From positions 1-42,325 of the forward strand of contig JAXLNO010000223.1 in the NCBI GenBank assembly GCA_038087875.1: a stretch of DNA of 42,325 bases. Reading direction: 5' to 3'. Shown piece after piece: positions 1 through 11,337 of the stretch (positions within the stretch are counted from its first letter, which is position 1; each line of letters starts with the position of its first letter). The position numbers were made by a program, and so were the translations under genes. The DNA is from Malacoraja senta. Lineage: Eukaryota. The notes beneath the pieces were generated by a model, which did not search any database, had not been told where the DNA came from, and saw only the letters and a program-made list of their open reading frames with translations.

Positions 1-640
1 ACTTCAAACAGGGTGCAAGATCACCAAATTCAAGTGCAGTTTCATGCCATTTCAAGCAGGGTGCAAGGCCAACAAATTCAAGTGCAGTTTCATAACACTT
101 CATGCAGGATGCAAGACAACCAAATTCAAGTGCAGTTTCATACCATTGCAAGCAGGGTGCAAGGCCACCAAATTCAAGTCCAGTTTCCGACCACTTCAAG
201 CAGGGTGCAAGGCGACCAAATTCAAGTGCAGTTTCATACCACTTCAAGCAGGGTGCAAGGCCACCAAATTCAAGTACAGTTTCGTACCACTTCAAGCAGG
301 GTGCAAGACCATCAAATTCAAGTGCAGTTTCGTACTACTTCAAGCAGGGTGCAAGGCCACCAAATTCAAGTGCAGTTTCATACCACTTCAAGCAGGGTGC
401 AAGGCCATCAAATTCAAGTGCAGTTTCATACCACTTCAAGCAGGGTGCAAGGCCACCAAATTCAAGTGCAGTTTCATACCATTTCAAGCAGGGTGCAATG
501 CCACCAAATTCAAATGAAATTTCTTACCATTTCAAGCAGGGTGCAAGTCTACCACATTCAAATGCAGTTTCATACCATTTCAAGCAGGGTGCAAGGCCAC
601 CACATTCAAATGCAGTTTCATACCATTTCAAGCAGGGTGA
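1..640. repeat. 48-bp minisatellite, ~13 copies, truncated by window start
   Basis: Unit ACTTCAAGCAGGGTGCAAGGCCACCAAATTCAAGTGCAGTTTCATACC. It gives a 16-aa periodicity in all three + frames. Confidence 0.97.
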
Positions 641-697
641 AACCACCATAAAACCACCATAACACCACAAAAACACCACCAAAACACTATATAAACA

Positions 698-1570
698 CCA
701 CACTCACAGTTCAGTAGACATTCAGTGTGTTCAGTTGATTCACAGCTCAGCCAGTCGTGACCTCTCCCTCCCCCATCTTGCAGAGACTGAGCCACACCCA
801 CACTTACGGGTTTTATAATCCCTCCCCCTCCCACTCGAAGGGGCGTGGCCTTCATGGCGTGATTGACAGGAGAGAGATTCTCAACATTTGTTAAACACTA
901 ATAACACTTTTTTTTTTCATTGATGGGAAGAATCCTCTGCACCTGATGAACGGATGGGGACTGAGTAAGATGGCCAAACATCACAGCCGTAAATGGTAGC
1001 ATTTTATCTAAAATCAATATACAGTGCAAACAGGAAGTTGTCAAGTTTAAACTTTTAATCATTTGCCATTTCAAACCAACCACCACCTACCATTTGCTGT
1101 GCTTTATTTCAAACCAACCACCAACCATTTGCTGTGCTTTATTTCAAACCAACGACCACCAACCATTTGCTGTGCTTTATTTCAAATCAACCACATTTTC
1201 ATTTTCAAACCACATTAAGGGCACTCAAGGTCAGTAAAACCATACTCACAGTTTAGTAGACATGTGTTCAGTGTTATTCGCAGCTCAGATTGAGAGACGT
1301 GACCCTCTCGCTCCTCCATCTTGCAGAGACTGACTGAGGCACTCAACACTTCCTGGTTTTATAGTCCCTCCGGAAGGGGCATGGCCTTCAGGAGAGAGAA
1401 TCTCAACATTTTTTAAACACTGATAACTCTTTTATTTTTCATCGATGGGAAAAATCCTCTTGTCCTGCACAGAGGAGGGGGACTCTGAGTAAGATGGCCA
1501 AAAATCACAGCCGTAAGTGGGCAGCGTTTTTTCTAAAATCAATATACAGAACAACAGGAAGTGGTCAAGA
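698..1570. repeat. Diverged ~340-bp direct duplication (698-1045 vs 1238-1570) separated by a ~36-bp x3 tandem repeat (1068-1195)
   Basis: Collinear shared blocks ACTCACAGTT, CCATCTTGCAGAGACTGA, GAGTAAGATGGCCAAA, TCTAAAATCAATATACAG, ACAGGAAGT. Spacer unit TTTCAAACCAACCACCAACCATTTGCTGTGCTTTA. Confidence 0.9.
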
Positions 1571-1602
1571 TCAGACTTTTAGTAATATAGATAGATAGAT
1601 AG

Positions 1603-1774
1603 TTAACCTACATACCCACATGAAGGTAGGAGGAAAGTCGAGCACCAGAGTAAACACACACGGTCGCAGGGACAACGTGCAAACTCCACTCAGACAGCAC
1701 CCAAGGTCAGTATCGAACCCTGGTGTCTGGTGTTGTGAGGTAGCTGCTCTACCAGCTAGGCCATTGAGCTGCCC
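1603..1774 (-). mobile_element. HE1-like tRNA-derived SINE, degenerate 5' part
   Basis: Reverse-strand GGGCAGC head, B box GGTTCGATAC and conserved core. Confidence 0.8.
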
Positions 1775-1836
1775 TTAACATAGCAATCAAGAAAACCATC
1801 TCTTACTCAGTCCATCAATTTCTCCTTCATACGAGC

Positions 1837-2142
1837 AGTTAGTTTAGTTTAGTTTAGAGATACAGCGCGGAAGAAGGCCCATCGGCCCACTGAGTCCATG
1901 TCGACCAACGATCCCCGCACACTAACATTATCCTACACACACTGGGCACACTGGGGACAATTTACAATTGCACCAAGCCAATTAACCTACAAACCTGTAC
2001 GTCCTTGGAATGTGGGAGAAAACCCAAGCTGGTCACAGGGAGAAGGTACAAACTCCATACAGACAGCACCCATAGTCAGGATCGAACCCAGGCCCCTGGC
2101 GCTGTAAGGCAACAACTCTACCGCTGTGCCACTGTGCTACCC
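1837..2142 (-). mobile_element. HE1-like SINE, full length
   Basis: A box, B box (GGTTCGATCC), CR1-like 3' end and (TAAAC)n tail. Confidence 0.9.
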
Positions 2143-2357
2143 GCTGTAATTTGATTTGGTGAAGCTAATATGTTGCTTATGACTATTGTACTACACTTTA
2201 GTTTTATGCTTTACTCTGTTCCCTACACTGGCGTTAATGAATGGGGACTGAGAGACAACTCCCAGCAATGTTTTCTGCAACTTCCTACTACTTAATTTCA
2301 TCCAAACTGATACCCTTCTTCTTGATTTGTCCTCTGAGCTAAGATCCTTCCTCTCCA

Positions 2358-2800
2358 AAGATAGACATAAAGTGCTGGAGTAATTCAGCGGATCAGGCAG
2401 CATCTCTGGATACAAAGAATGGGTGACGTTTCGGGTCGGGGTCCCTTCTTCAGACTGATCGTAGTGGGGTAGGAACAGAAAGTAAGAAAAGACCAGGACA
2501 AATCAGGACGGGCAACAGATGACCAAGGAAGGGTGGAGCCCACAATGGCCCATTGTTGGCTGGGGATGTTGTGATCCCAAATGGGAATTCAAAAGGAATT
2601 CAAGAGGGAAGAGAAAAGGGAATACCACCCTCCTTGATTTGTCCTGGTCTTTTCTTACTTCCAGTTCCACGCCAACTACAGTCAGTCTGAAGAAACATCG
2701 TCTATCCCTTTTCTCCAGAGCTACTGCCTGAGCCACTGAAGTCACTCCAGCATTTAGTGTCTATCTTTGGAATAAACCACCACCTGCAGTTCATTTTTAT
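2358..2800. mobile_element. Penelope-like terminal repeats in inverted arrangement
   Basis: 2358-2507 and 2632-2770 are inverted copies (AAGAAAAGACCAGGACAAATCA / TGATTTGTCCTGGTCTTTTCTT). Both match the 3' repeat of the GIY-YIG element at 17361-17495. Confidence 0.8.
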
Positions 2801-3222
2801 TACATCCTTCTTTTCCACTGTCTCTATCCCTTTTTTGGGGGGTTGGTTCCTTTTCCATTTTCCCATCTCTTCTGAAAGTATCCTGGAGTGGCCCGCCTTG
2901 GTCACTTAGCAACCATGCTTGTGTGCGATTCTTAGGTGGTACCGATTTGCTTCTGCTTGTGCTGTAAATTCACATCTCCTGTTGTAAAATGCTGCGTGCA
3001 TTCAGATAAAGAGCTTTCAATTCTTTGCCGAGACTGAACTTCGCAATGCATGCATAAAATCTGTAGATTCTGGAAATCTGAAGTAAAATCAGAAACTGGC
3101 AGAAACACTCAGCAGGTCAACAGCATCTTGGAAAGAGAAACAAAGTCAACATTTCTGGTCAAAGACTCTTTGTCATCGTGGATGTAAGGGCTCTGCAGTG
3201 AAAGTTAAAGGAAGCTTTCAAA

Positions 3223-3532
3223 GGGCAGCACAGTGGCGTAGAGTTGTTGCCTCACAGCACCAGGGACCCCGGTTCGATCCCAACCTCGGGTGCTGTCTGT
3301 ATGGAGCTTGTACGTTCTCCCCGTGACTGCGTGGGTTTTCTCCGGGTGCTCCACTTTCCTCTCAGACTCCAAAGACGTACTGGTTTGTAGGTTAATTGGC
3401 TTCTGCGATTGTAAGATTGTCCCTAGTGTGTAGGATAGCGCTAGTGTACGGGGGTGATCCGCTGGGCGTTGCGGACCCGGTGGGCCGAAGGGCCTGTTTC
3501 CATGCTGTATCTCGAAAAAAAAATCTAAATAA
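3223..3532 (+). mobile_element. HE1-like SINE
   Basis: GGGCAGCACAGTGGC head, GGTTCGATCC B box, GGGCCGAAGGGCCTGTTTCC 3' end. Confidence 0.9.
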
Positions 3533-4254
3533 GGCACGAACGATCCATAAATGGTGATGACAAATTGACCAATAGAAGATATTCTGGTGTGGACAGCAAG
3601 CTTAAATCATGGCTACATCAGATAAATCAGTAAAAGTCGGAATGCAAAACTAATCAAATGAAAGTGCAACAAAGAGCAAGGTGGAAAAGAAAGTGGTTAC
3701 AGATCATTGTTCCATTGTCCGCAAAGGTGCTGACAATTTTGTGGCATAGCTCCTTCAAACAAATGGCTGTATTAAGAAGGGAACAGGAGGTATAAATGCC
3801 CTAGTTCCTGCCACCGGTGTCTAGCCCTGGCAAGGACACAACAGGCTCAGTGGATGGATAAAGTCTAAATGCTCGACATCACATCCCAGCCTAAATATAC
3901 ACTTTCAACGGGCATATTGTAAACCACGAAACAAGAGCTTCATTTGTTACAACCAAAGAAATACTTCATTCCAAAATGCTCAAAAAGAAGGCCACAGGCA
4001 GTATTGTGGTGTTTTGAAAAGGCCATGTTAATCCTTGCTGGATGGGGTCCAATTCTTCTGTTCAAGTAGCATGTCTATGCGTTGGCTTGTGTGAGTTATT
4101 TTATTTGTGAGGCAGGCAACGCATACAACCTACCGGTTTTGAACACCTGTCCTAATATCTCTCGTAACGCTTTGTATTAAATGTTGTGCGGTAGCATTCC
4201 TGTTAAGAACAGCGGGATATTTTTAACTAGATTTCCATCAGCCAGCACACCAGG

Positions 4255-4755
4255 GACTCAGAATCGTACAGCGTGGAAACAGGCCCTTCAGCTCAACTTG
4301 CCCACACCGACCAACATGCCCCATCTACATTAATCGCACCTGCCTGCGTTTGGCCCATATCCCTCTAATCCTCCCCTATCCATGTACCTGTCAAAATGTT
4401 TCTTAAACGTTGCAATAGTACCTGCCTCAACTACCTCCTCCAGCACTTGCCCTTTGTGTAAACTGCTCAGTTTCCCATTAAAACTTTCCTTCCTCATCTT
4501 GTTCTCGATTCCCCTACTCTGGGCAAAAGACACTGTGCCTTTACCTGCTCTATTCCTCTCATGATTTTGTATACCTCTACAAGATCACCCCTCATCCCCC
4601 TGCGCTCCAAGGAATAAAGTACTGGGCTGTTCAGCCTCTACCCATAGCTCAGTCCTTCGAGTCCTGGCAACATCCTGGTAAATCTTCTCTGAACCCTTTC
4701 AAGCTTGACAACATCTTTCCTATAGCATGGTGCCCAAAACGGAACACAATACTCT
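4255..4755 (-). mobile_element. CR1 LINE 3' fragment
   Basis: Translates as [32 protein letters not shown], the CR1 ORF2 C-terminus, followed by the 3' UTR. Confidence 0.9.
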
Positions 4756-4784
4756 TTTGGACTTAGTTGGAATACAGGACCTGC

Positions 4785-5721
4785 AGCTGAACCTATGAAG
4801 GTTTCCTTTGTGGTCCTCTCCAAACATATAACAATTCTTCCTGTCACAGGTAAACAGGGAGCGTGCAGTTCATCGAGTGTCAGTAGGCTGTCAAACTAGT
4901 CACAACAGGGACATGATAGAGCACACTCTATTGATATTTCAAACATCATAGTTTACATTTTTGAACTGAGGTAGATGTTAGATTTAGCAGTAGCTCCATT
5001 CCAATGGACTTCAAAAGAATTTGGAATAGTATTGGCATAGGATCCATATCTGGGACATGAACTCATCTGCTTAGGGTTACAAATGTGTTTGGCTACAGTC
5101 CTGAAGGTTCAATCAAATGTTGGGCCGGTTGTAACAGCCCCACCCAAATAAACCACACCCCTCCCCTCCAATATTTTCATACTTTAACGAACATTTTTAT
5201 TTCACGCCGCTGTGTGTTTCGTGACAGATTCTGTGCATCATTGTGTGAGATGTGGGAGATGTTTGTAGGAACCCCAAGTATAACCTTGGGGCAGTTGGCA
5301 AGGTGCCTACATATTGTCTGCAGGCTCGCCCTTGCCTGCTGGATAGTTGCAACTCTGTTTTGCTGGATATTTGGAACTCTGTTTTTTTTTCACAAAGCAA
5401 AAACATTTTATTTAGCTCCTGTCCTGCAATATTTAACAGCCAAAGGTGTACACTTAAAGTTGTTGCTGTTGTACCGGAGAACATGTGGTGCATAACAGGG
5501 CGGTACGGTGGCGCAGCAGGAGAGTTGCTGCTTTACAGCACCAGAGACCAGGGTTCGATCCTGACTACAGGTGCTGCCTATACGGAGCTTATACGTTCTC
5601 CCCGTGACCACGTGGGTTTTCTCCGGGTGCTCAGGTTTCCTCTCACACTCCAAAGACGTGCAGGTTTGTAGGTTAATTGGCTTCGGTAAAAACTGTAAAT
5701 TGTCCCCAGTGTGCAGTGTGT
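4785..5721 (+). repeat. Left arm of inverted duplication (partner 8029-8250 plus 11338-12038)
   Basis: Reverse complement of 11338-12038 and 8029-8250 with few differences. Mirror ORFs 5197..5493(-) and 11321..11626(+) confirm the match. Confidence 0.95.
5498..5721 (+). mobile_element. HE1-like SINE, 3'-truncated at a Penelope-like repeat
   Basis: A box TGGCGCAGCAGG and B box GGTTCGATCC (5552-5561). Confidence 0.9.
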
Positions 5722-5813
5722 CTGAAGAAGGCTCTCGACCCGAAACGTCACCTATTTCCTTCGCTCCATAGATGCTGCCTCACCCGCTGAGTTTCTCCAG
5801 CATTTTTGTCTAC
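5721..5813 (+). mobile_element. Penelope-like terminal repeat fragment with hammerhead core
   Basis: CTGAAGAAGGCTCTCGACCCGAAACGTC followed by the family tail. Confidence 0.85.
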
Positions 5814-6049
5814 TCACCAACATCTTGTTCAGCTGAAAGATGATGTCCCAACACCACGGGTCCATGAAGCCATCTCACAATTGAACTGTGTTGTACATCT
5901 CCTCGCCCTGTACATCTACTACTTAGATATCCCTAAACCGCTGGGAGTAATGTTGCACGGATCAAAATATTGATTAGTCTGGCCCTGTCATTGCTCCCTC
6001 TCTGTGTAAAGGTATGTATGTTGCAAGCCCAGTATTCAGTACGTCCGAT

Positions 6050-6170
6050 TAGATTATAAACAGGGCCTCATTTACTCTCTTGGACATAAAAGATCCTCTG
6101 CTCAATTTTAAAGACTAAGAGTGTAATCACCAGTGCCCTGACCAATATTTATCCCCGACTAAGATCACAA
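6050..6170 (+). mobile_element. Ancient DeuSINE (SacSINE1/AmnSINE1-like) core remnant
   Basis: TGGACATAAAAGATCC...GTGCCCTGACCAATATTTATCCCC resembles the Deu domain as I recall it. Confidence 0.55.
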
Positions 6171-7025
6171 AACAAGACAACAAGACAAGAGACATTTATT
6201 TGTCACATGTACCAATTGGTACAGTGTAATGTGTGGTCACCATACAGCCATACGAATAATAAAGAGCACAGAACACGATAGTCTTTAACATAGACATCCC
6301 CACACAGCGGGATCAAAGTTTCCCACTGTGAGGGAAGGCACCAAAGTTCAGTCATCCTCCTCTGTTGTCCTCTGTTGTTCACCCGTGGTCGGGGGGCTCC
6401 CGGACCCCTCGCTGACGCCGCTACGGACGGCCCGATGTTCAGGCCCGCTCGCCGGGATGATGGAACTCCGACGTCGGAACGGGAGAACAACCTCAGCGGC
6501 TTGGACATCCGAATCGGCCACTTCCTACCAGAGTCCGCGCCTCCCGAAGTCCACAGGCGGAGATTCACGCTGGCGGCCCTCGGCAAAAGGTCCCAGGACT
6601 CGGCGATGTTGAAGTCAGCGCCGCCCCCGCTGGAAGCTCTACAAACCACAGCTCCGAGATGTTGAAGCAGCAGGCCCAACACTCCGGAGCTTCAAACGGC
6701 GATCCAGGTGAGGCATCGTCCGCTCCGCGGTGAATCCAGCGCTGCGCCGCTGCTGAAGCTTTGGCCGGTCCCCGGCAGGAAAGGCCACGCCAATCCAGTT
6801 GGTAGGCCGCGAGGAGGGGGGCGAGGACGCGACTCGGAGAATAGTCGCATCCTCGCCAGGAAGTGACTGGGAAATGGTTTCCCCCTTACCCTACCCCCCT
6901 CCCCCACATAGAAAAACAAAAGAAACCTCCAAAACATACTTTTAAAACAAACTAGAAATAAGAAAAAGATAGAAAAACAGACAGGCTGTCGGCAGAGGCT
7001 GCCATCAATGTGGCGCCCCTAGTGG
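6171..7025 (-). mobile_element. Non-autonomous GC-rich element, copy A (Rex1-like 3' end)
   Basis: Head GGCGCCACATTGATGGCAGCCTCTGCCGACAGCCTGTC; hairpin 6298-6334; terminal TGTACCAATTGGTACA, AATAAA and (TCTTG)n tail. Confidence 0.75.
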
Positions 7026-7042
7026 CTCCCCACAGAAAAGTT

Positions 7043-7399
7043 CATAAATTGTAGGAACAGAATTAGGCCATTCGGCCCATCAAGTCTACTCTGCCATTCT
7101 ATCGTGGCTGATCTATCTTTTCCTCTCAACCCCATTCTCCTGCCTTCTCCCCATAACCCCTGACACACATACTAATCAAGAATCTATCAATCTCCACCTT
7201 ACAAATATCCACTTACTTGGCCTCCACAGCCTTCTGTGGCAATGAATTCCACAGGTTCACCACCCTCTGACTAAAGAAATTCCTCCTCATCTCCTTTCTA
7301 ATTTACAGTACGTCCTTTTATTCTGAGGCTACGGCTTCTGGTCCTAGACTCTCCCACTTGTGGAAACATCCTCTCCACATCCACTCTATCCAGGCCTCT
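7043..7399 (-). mobile_element. CR1 LINE 3' end
   Basis: GTGGTGAACCTGTGGAATTCATTGCCACAG (the VVNLWNSLPQ motif) and 3' UTR GGGCCGAATGGCCTAATTCTG. Confidence 0.9.
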
Positions 7400-7408
7400 T
7401 GCAGAAAA

Positions 7409-7666
7409 CACATTTCCTTTTCCCACAACGTGTGTTTAGGGAAGACTCCACATCTGCGGGTGACCGGTGATGTTTGCAACCCGGGTAAGAAGGAGAATGT
7501 GGGGAAAACGAGCAACAAAATGGGGACGAGGATGGTCAGCTGAAGACATGGTCAGTAAGGGTGGGTTGGCACGGTGAAGGAAATTGGATCCAGGATTTTG
7601 GTGGCCGGAATGGACTGGTTAAATGAATAAAAGACTGAAGAAAACTGGAGGAGCAAATGGTATGTA
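7409..7666 (+). repeat. ~260-bp direct duplicate of 29895-30161
   Basis: About 9 substitutions in the first ~215 bp by hand count. Confidence 0.92.
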
Positions 7667-7719
7667 TGAGATAATGAGATAATATCCTGGAAACAAGGAT
7701 TAGTCTTTTTGGAAAAAAA

Positions 7720-7812
7720 GGACCCAAAGTGCTGGAGTAACTCAGCGGGTCAGGCAGCATTTGTGGAGGGAATGAATAGGTGATGTTTGGGGTCAGAACC
7801 TTTCTTCAGACA
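7720..7812 (-). mobile_element. Penelope-like terminal repeat fragment
   Basis: TGCTGGAGTAACTCAGCGGGTCAGGCAGCAT...TTCTTCAGAC. Confidence 0.8.
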
Positions 7813-7933
7813 GATTTTCTCTTGATGATTACACTTCTACACTTTGTGAGAACTTGTTTACAGTTTTTACAGTTTTTTTAGGTACTATTGCAACGTTTAA
7901 GAAACATTTGGACAGCAACATGGATAGGACAGG

Positions 7934-8250
7934 TTTAGTACAGTTTAGTTTAGATTAGAGATTCAGCGTGGAAACAGGCCCTTCGGCCCACCGAGTCCAC
8001 GCCGACCAGCGATCCCATTTACACGAGCACACACTGCACACCGGGGACAATTTACAGTTTTTACCAAAGCCAATTAACCTACAAACCTGCACGTCTTTGG
8101 AGTGTGAGGAAACCTGAGCACCCGGAGAAAACCCACGTGGTCACGGGGAGAATGTATAAGCTCCGTATAGGCAGCACCTGTAGTCAGGATCGAACCCTGG
8201 TCTCTGGGGCTGTAAAGCAGCAACTCTCCTGCTGCGCCACCGTGCTGCCC
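7934..8250 (-). mobile_element. HE1-like SINE, full length; 8029-8250 is part of the right arm of the inverted duplication
   Basis: Shares private variants with 5498-5721: GCAGCAGGAGAGTTGCTGCTTTAC, GCTGCCTATACGGAGCTTATAC, GGTAAAAACTGTAAATTG. Confidence 0.92.
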
Positions 8251-11200
8251 AGGTAGGGGGGAAAGAAGAAAAAAATAATAAACAGAGAATAAGAGGTGGT
8301 GGGTTTCTTAAATGTGTGAGCAGAGAGACAGAGGGGTGTAAAATGCGGGCGGAAGCAATTGGTAACAAGGTGAAAAGTAAACGTGGCAGGCAGAGAAATC
8401 CTGGGCAAAAATCAAAAAGGGCCACTTTTCAACATAATTGTATAAGGGGTAAGAGCGTTGTAAAAACAAGCCTGAAGGCTTTGTGTCTCAATGCAAGGAG
8501 CATTCGTAATAAAGGTGGATGAGTTGAACGTGCAGATAGCAATTAATGATTATGATATAGTTGGGATCACGGAGACATGGCTCCAGGGTGACCAAGGCTG
8601 GGAGCTGAACATCCGGGGATATTCAATATTCAGGAGGGATAGACAGAAAGGAAAAGGAGGTGGGGTAGCGTTGCTGGTTAAAGAGGAGATTAACGCAATG
8701 GAAAGGAAGGATATTAGCTTGGAGGATGTGGAATCGATATGGGTAGAGCTACGAAACACTAAGGGGCAGAAAACGCTAGTGGGTGTTGTGTACAGGCCAC
8801 CTAACAGTAGTAGTGGAGTTGGGGATGGCATCAAACAGGAAATTAGAAATGCGTGCAACAAAGGTAAAAACAGTTATAATGGGTGACTTCAATCTACATA
8901 TAGATTGGGTGAATCAAATTGGCAGGGGTGCTGAGGAAGAGGATTTCTTGGAATGTATGCGGGATAGTTTTCTAAACCAACATGTAGAGGAACCAACGAG
9001 AGAACAGGCTATTCTAGACTGGGTAGTGAGTAATGAGGAAGGGTTAGTTAGCAGTCTTGTTGTGCGTGGCCCCTTGGGCAAGAGTGACCATAATATGGTT
9101 CAGTTCTTCATTAGGATGGAGAGTGACATTGTTAATTCAGAAACAAGGGTTCTGAACTTAAAGAAAGGTAACTTTGAGGGTATGAAACGTGAATTGGCCA
9201 AGATTGACTGGCAATTGATTCTTAAAGGGTTGACGGTGGATATGCAATGGAAGGCATTTAAAGACTGCATGGATGAACTACAAAAATTGTTCATCCCAGT
9301 TTGGCAAAAGAATAAATCAGGGAAGGTAGTGTATCCGTGGATAACAAGGGAAATCAGGGATAGTATCAAAACAAAAGATGAAGCGTACAAATTAGTCAGA
9401 AAAAGCAGTCTACCGGAGGACTGGGAGAAATTCAGAGTTCAGAGCTTAATTTGGAAAGGGAAAATAGATTATGAAAGAAAACTGGCAGGGAACATAAAAA
9501 CTGACTGCAAAAGTTGTTATAGATATGTGAAGAGAAAGAGATTAGTTAAAACAAATGTAGGTCCCTTGCAGTCAGAAACAGGTGAATTGATCATGGGGAA
9601 CAAGGACATGGCAGACCAATTGAATAACTACTTTGGTTCTGTCTTCACTAAGGAAGACATAAATAATCTGCTGGAAATAGCAGGGGACCGCGGGTCAAAT
9701 GAGATAGAGGAACTGAGTGAAATCCAGGTTAGCCGGGAAGTGGTGTTAGGTAAATTGAATGGATTAAAGGCCGATAAATCCCCAGGGCCAGATAGGCTGC
9801 ATCCCAGAGTACTTAAGGAAGTAGCCCCAGAAATAGTGGATGCATTAGTGATAATTTTTCAAAACTCCTTAGATTCTGGAGTAGTTCCTGAGGATTGGAG
9901 GGTAGCTAATGTAACCCCCCTTTTCAAAAAGGGAGGGAGAGAGAAAATGGGGAATTACAGACCAGTTAGTCTAACATCGGTAGTGGGGAAACTGCTAGAG
10001 TCAGTTATTAAAGATGGGATAGCAGCACATTTGGAAAGTGGTGAAATCATTGGACAAAGTCAGCATGGATTTACGAAAGGTAAATCATGTCTGACGAATC
10101 TTATAGAATTTTTTGAGGATGTAACTAGTAGAGTGGATAAGGGAGAACCAGTGGATGTGTTATAACTGGACTTTCAGAAGGCTTTCGACAAGGTCCCACA
10201 TAAGAGATTAGTATACAAACTTAAAGCACATGGTATTGGGGGTTCAGTATTGATGTGGATAGAGAACTGGCTGGCAAACAGGAAGCAAAGAGTAGGAGTA
10301 AACGGGTCCTTTTCAGAATGGCAGGCAGTGACTAGTGGGGTACCGCAAGGCTCAGTGCTGGGACTCCAGCTATTTACAATATATATTAATGATTTGGACG
10401 AGGGAATTGAATGCAACATCTCCAAGTTTGCAGATGACACGAAGCTGGGGGGCAGTGTTAGCTGTGAGGAGGATGCTAGGAGGCTGCAAGGTGACTTGGA
10501 TAGGCTGGGTGAGTGGGCAAATGCATGGCAGATGCAGTATAATGTGGATAAATGTGAGGTTATCCACTTTGGTGGCAAAAACAGGAAAGTAGACTATTAT
10601 CTAAATGGTGGCCGATTAGGAAAAGGGGAGATGCAACGAGACCTGGGTGCCATGGTACACCAGTCATTGAAAGTAGGCATGCATGTGCAGCAGGCAGTGA
10701 AGAAAGCGAATGGTATGTTGGCATTCATAGCGAAAGGATTTGAGTATAGGAGCAGGGAGGTTCTACTGCAGTTGTACAGGGTCTTGGTGAGACCACACCT
10801 GGAGTATTGCGTACAGTTTTGGTCTCCAAATCTGAGGAAAGACATTCTTGCCATAGAGGGAGTACAGAGAAGGTTCACCAGATTCATTCCTGGGATGTCA
10901 GGACTTTCATATGAAGAAAGACTGGATAGACTCGGCTTGTACTCGCTAGAATTTAGAAGATTGAGGGGGGATCTTATAGAAATTTACAAAATTCTTAAGG
11001 GGTTGGACAGGTTAGATGCAGGAAGATTGTTCCCGATGTTGGGGAAGTCCAGGACAAGGGGTCACAGTTTAAGGATTAAGGGGAAATCCTTTAGGACCGA
11101 GATGAGAAAAACATTTTTCACACAGAGAGTGGTGAATCTCTGGAACTCTCTGCCACATAATGTAGTTGAGGCCAGTTCATTGGCTATATTTAAGAGGGAG

Positions 11201-11337
11201 TTAGATGTGGCCCTTGTGGCTAAAGGGATCAGGGGATATGGAGAGAAGGCAGGTACGGGATACTGAGTTGGATGGTGCAGGCTCGAATGGCCGAATGGCC
11301 TACTCCTGCACCTATTTTCTATGTTTCTATGTTTCTA
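8251..11337 (+). mobile_element. CR1-clade LINE, 5'-truncated, with whole ORF2 region and (TTTCTATG)n tail
   Basis: APE and RT motifs, 3' UTR GCCGAATGGCCTACTCCTGCACC and an octamer-repeat tail at 11316-11341. No target-site duplication. Confidence 0.97.
8470..11266 (+). pseudogene. CR1 ORF2 (APE endonuclease + reverse transcriptase), disrupted
   Basis: Motifs LCLNARSI, GITETW, YRPP, MGDFN, SDHN, SPGPD, NYRPVSLTS, QHGF, GVPQGSVLG and FADD. Frameshifts near 8515 and 8868, a TAA at 10163-10165, and an apparent small in-frame deletion near 9440. Confidence 0.95.

Larger units (their letters stand above)
1..1591 (-). mobile_element. Probable non-autonomous Helitron-like element (5' end at 1591; 3' end outside window)
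   Basis: The minus strand at 1591 reads A|TCTATATTACTAAAAGTCT, resembling the 5'-TC terminus of Helitrons after a host A. The interior holds a minisatellite and duplicated modules. No 3' hairpin or CTRR is visible. Confidence 0.55.

Noticed and set aside
1..640. CRISPR-like periodicity
   Set aside because: Head-to-tail repeats with no unique spacers, no cas genes and a eukaryotic context.
13..662. Three overlapping ORFs of 157-212 aa
   Set aside because: By-product of a stop-free 48-bp tandem unit; no sign of a real gene.
5498..5570. tRNA genes at A/B box motifs
   Set aside because: They are SINE heads continuing into SINE core and tail; no complete cloverleaf.
6203..6682. GC-rich ORFs (also 15696-16154, 23146-23598, 39048-39362)
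   Set aside because: Stop-poor GC-rich repeat interiors; reading frames are not conserved between family copies.
7440..7490. Possible ~45-nt exon (pyrimidine tract-AG ... G|GTAAGA) in the duplicated segment
   Set aside because: The acceptor position differs by one base between the copies, the peptide is unrecognisable and there is no neighbouring exon support.
10174..10887. Antisense ORFs over CR1
   Set aside because: Shadow frames of the RT coding sequence.
8491..11266. Retron, group II intron or DGR-type reverse transcriptase
   Set aside because: The N-terminal APE domain, FADD motif, CR1 C-terminus and octamer tail identify a CR1 LINE.
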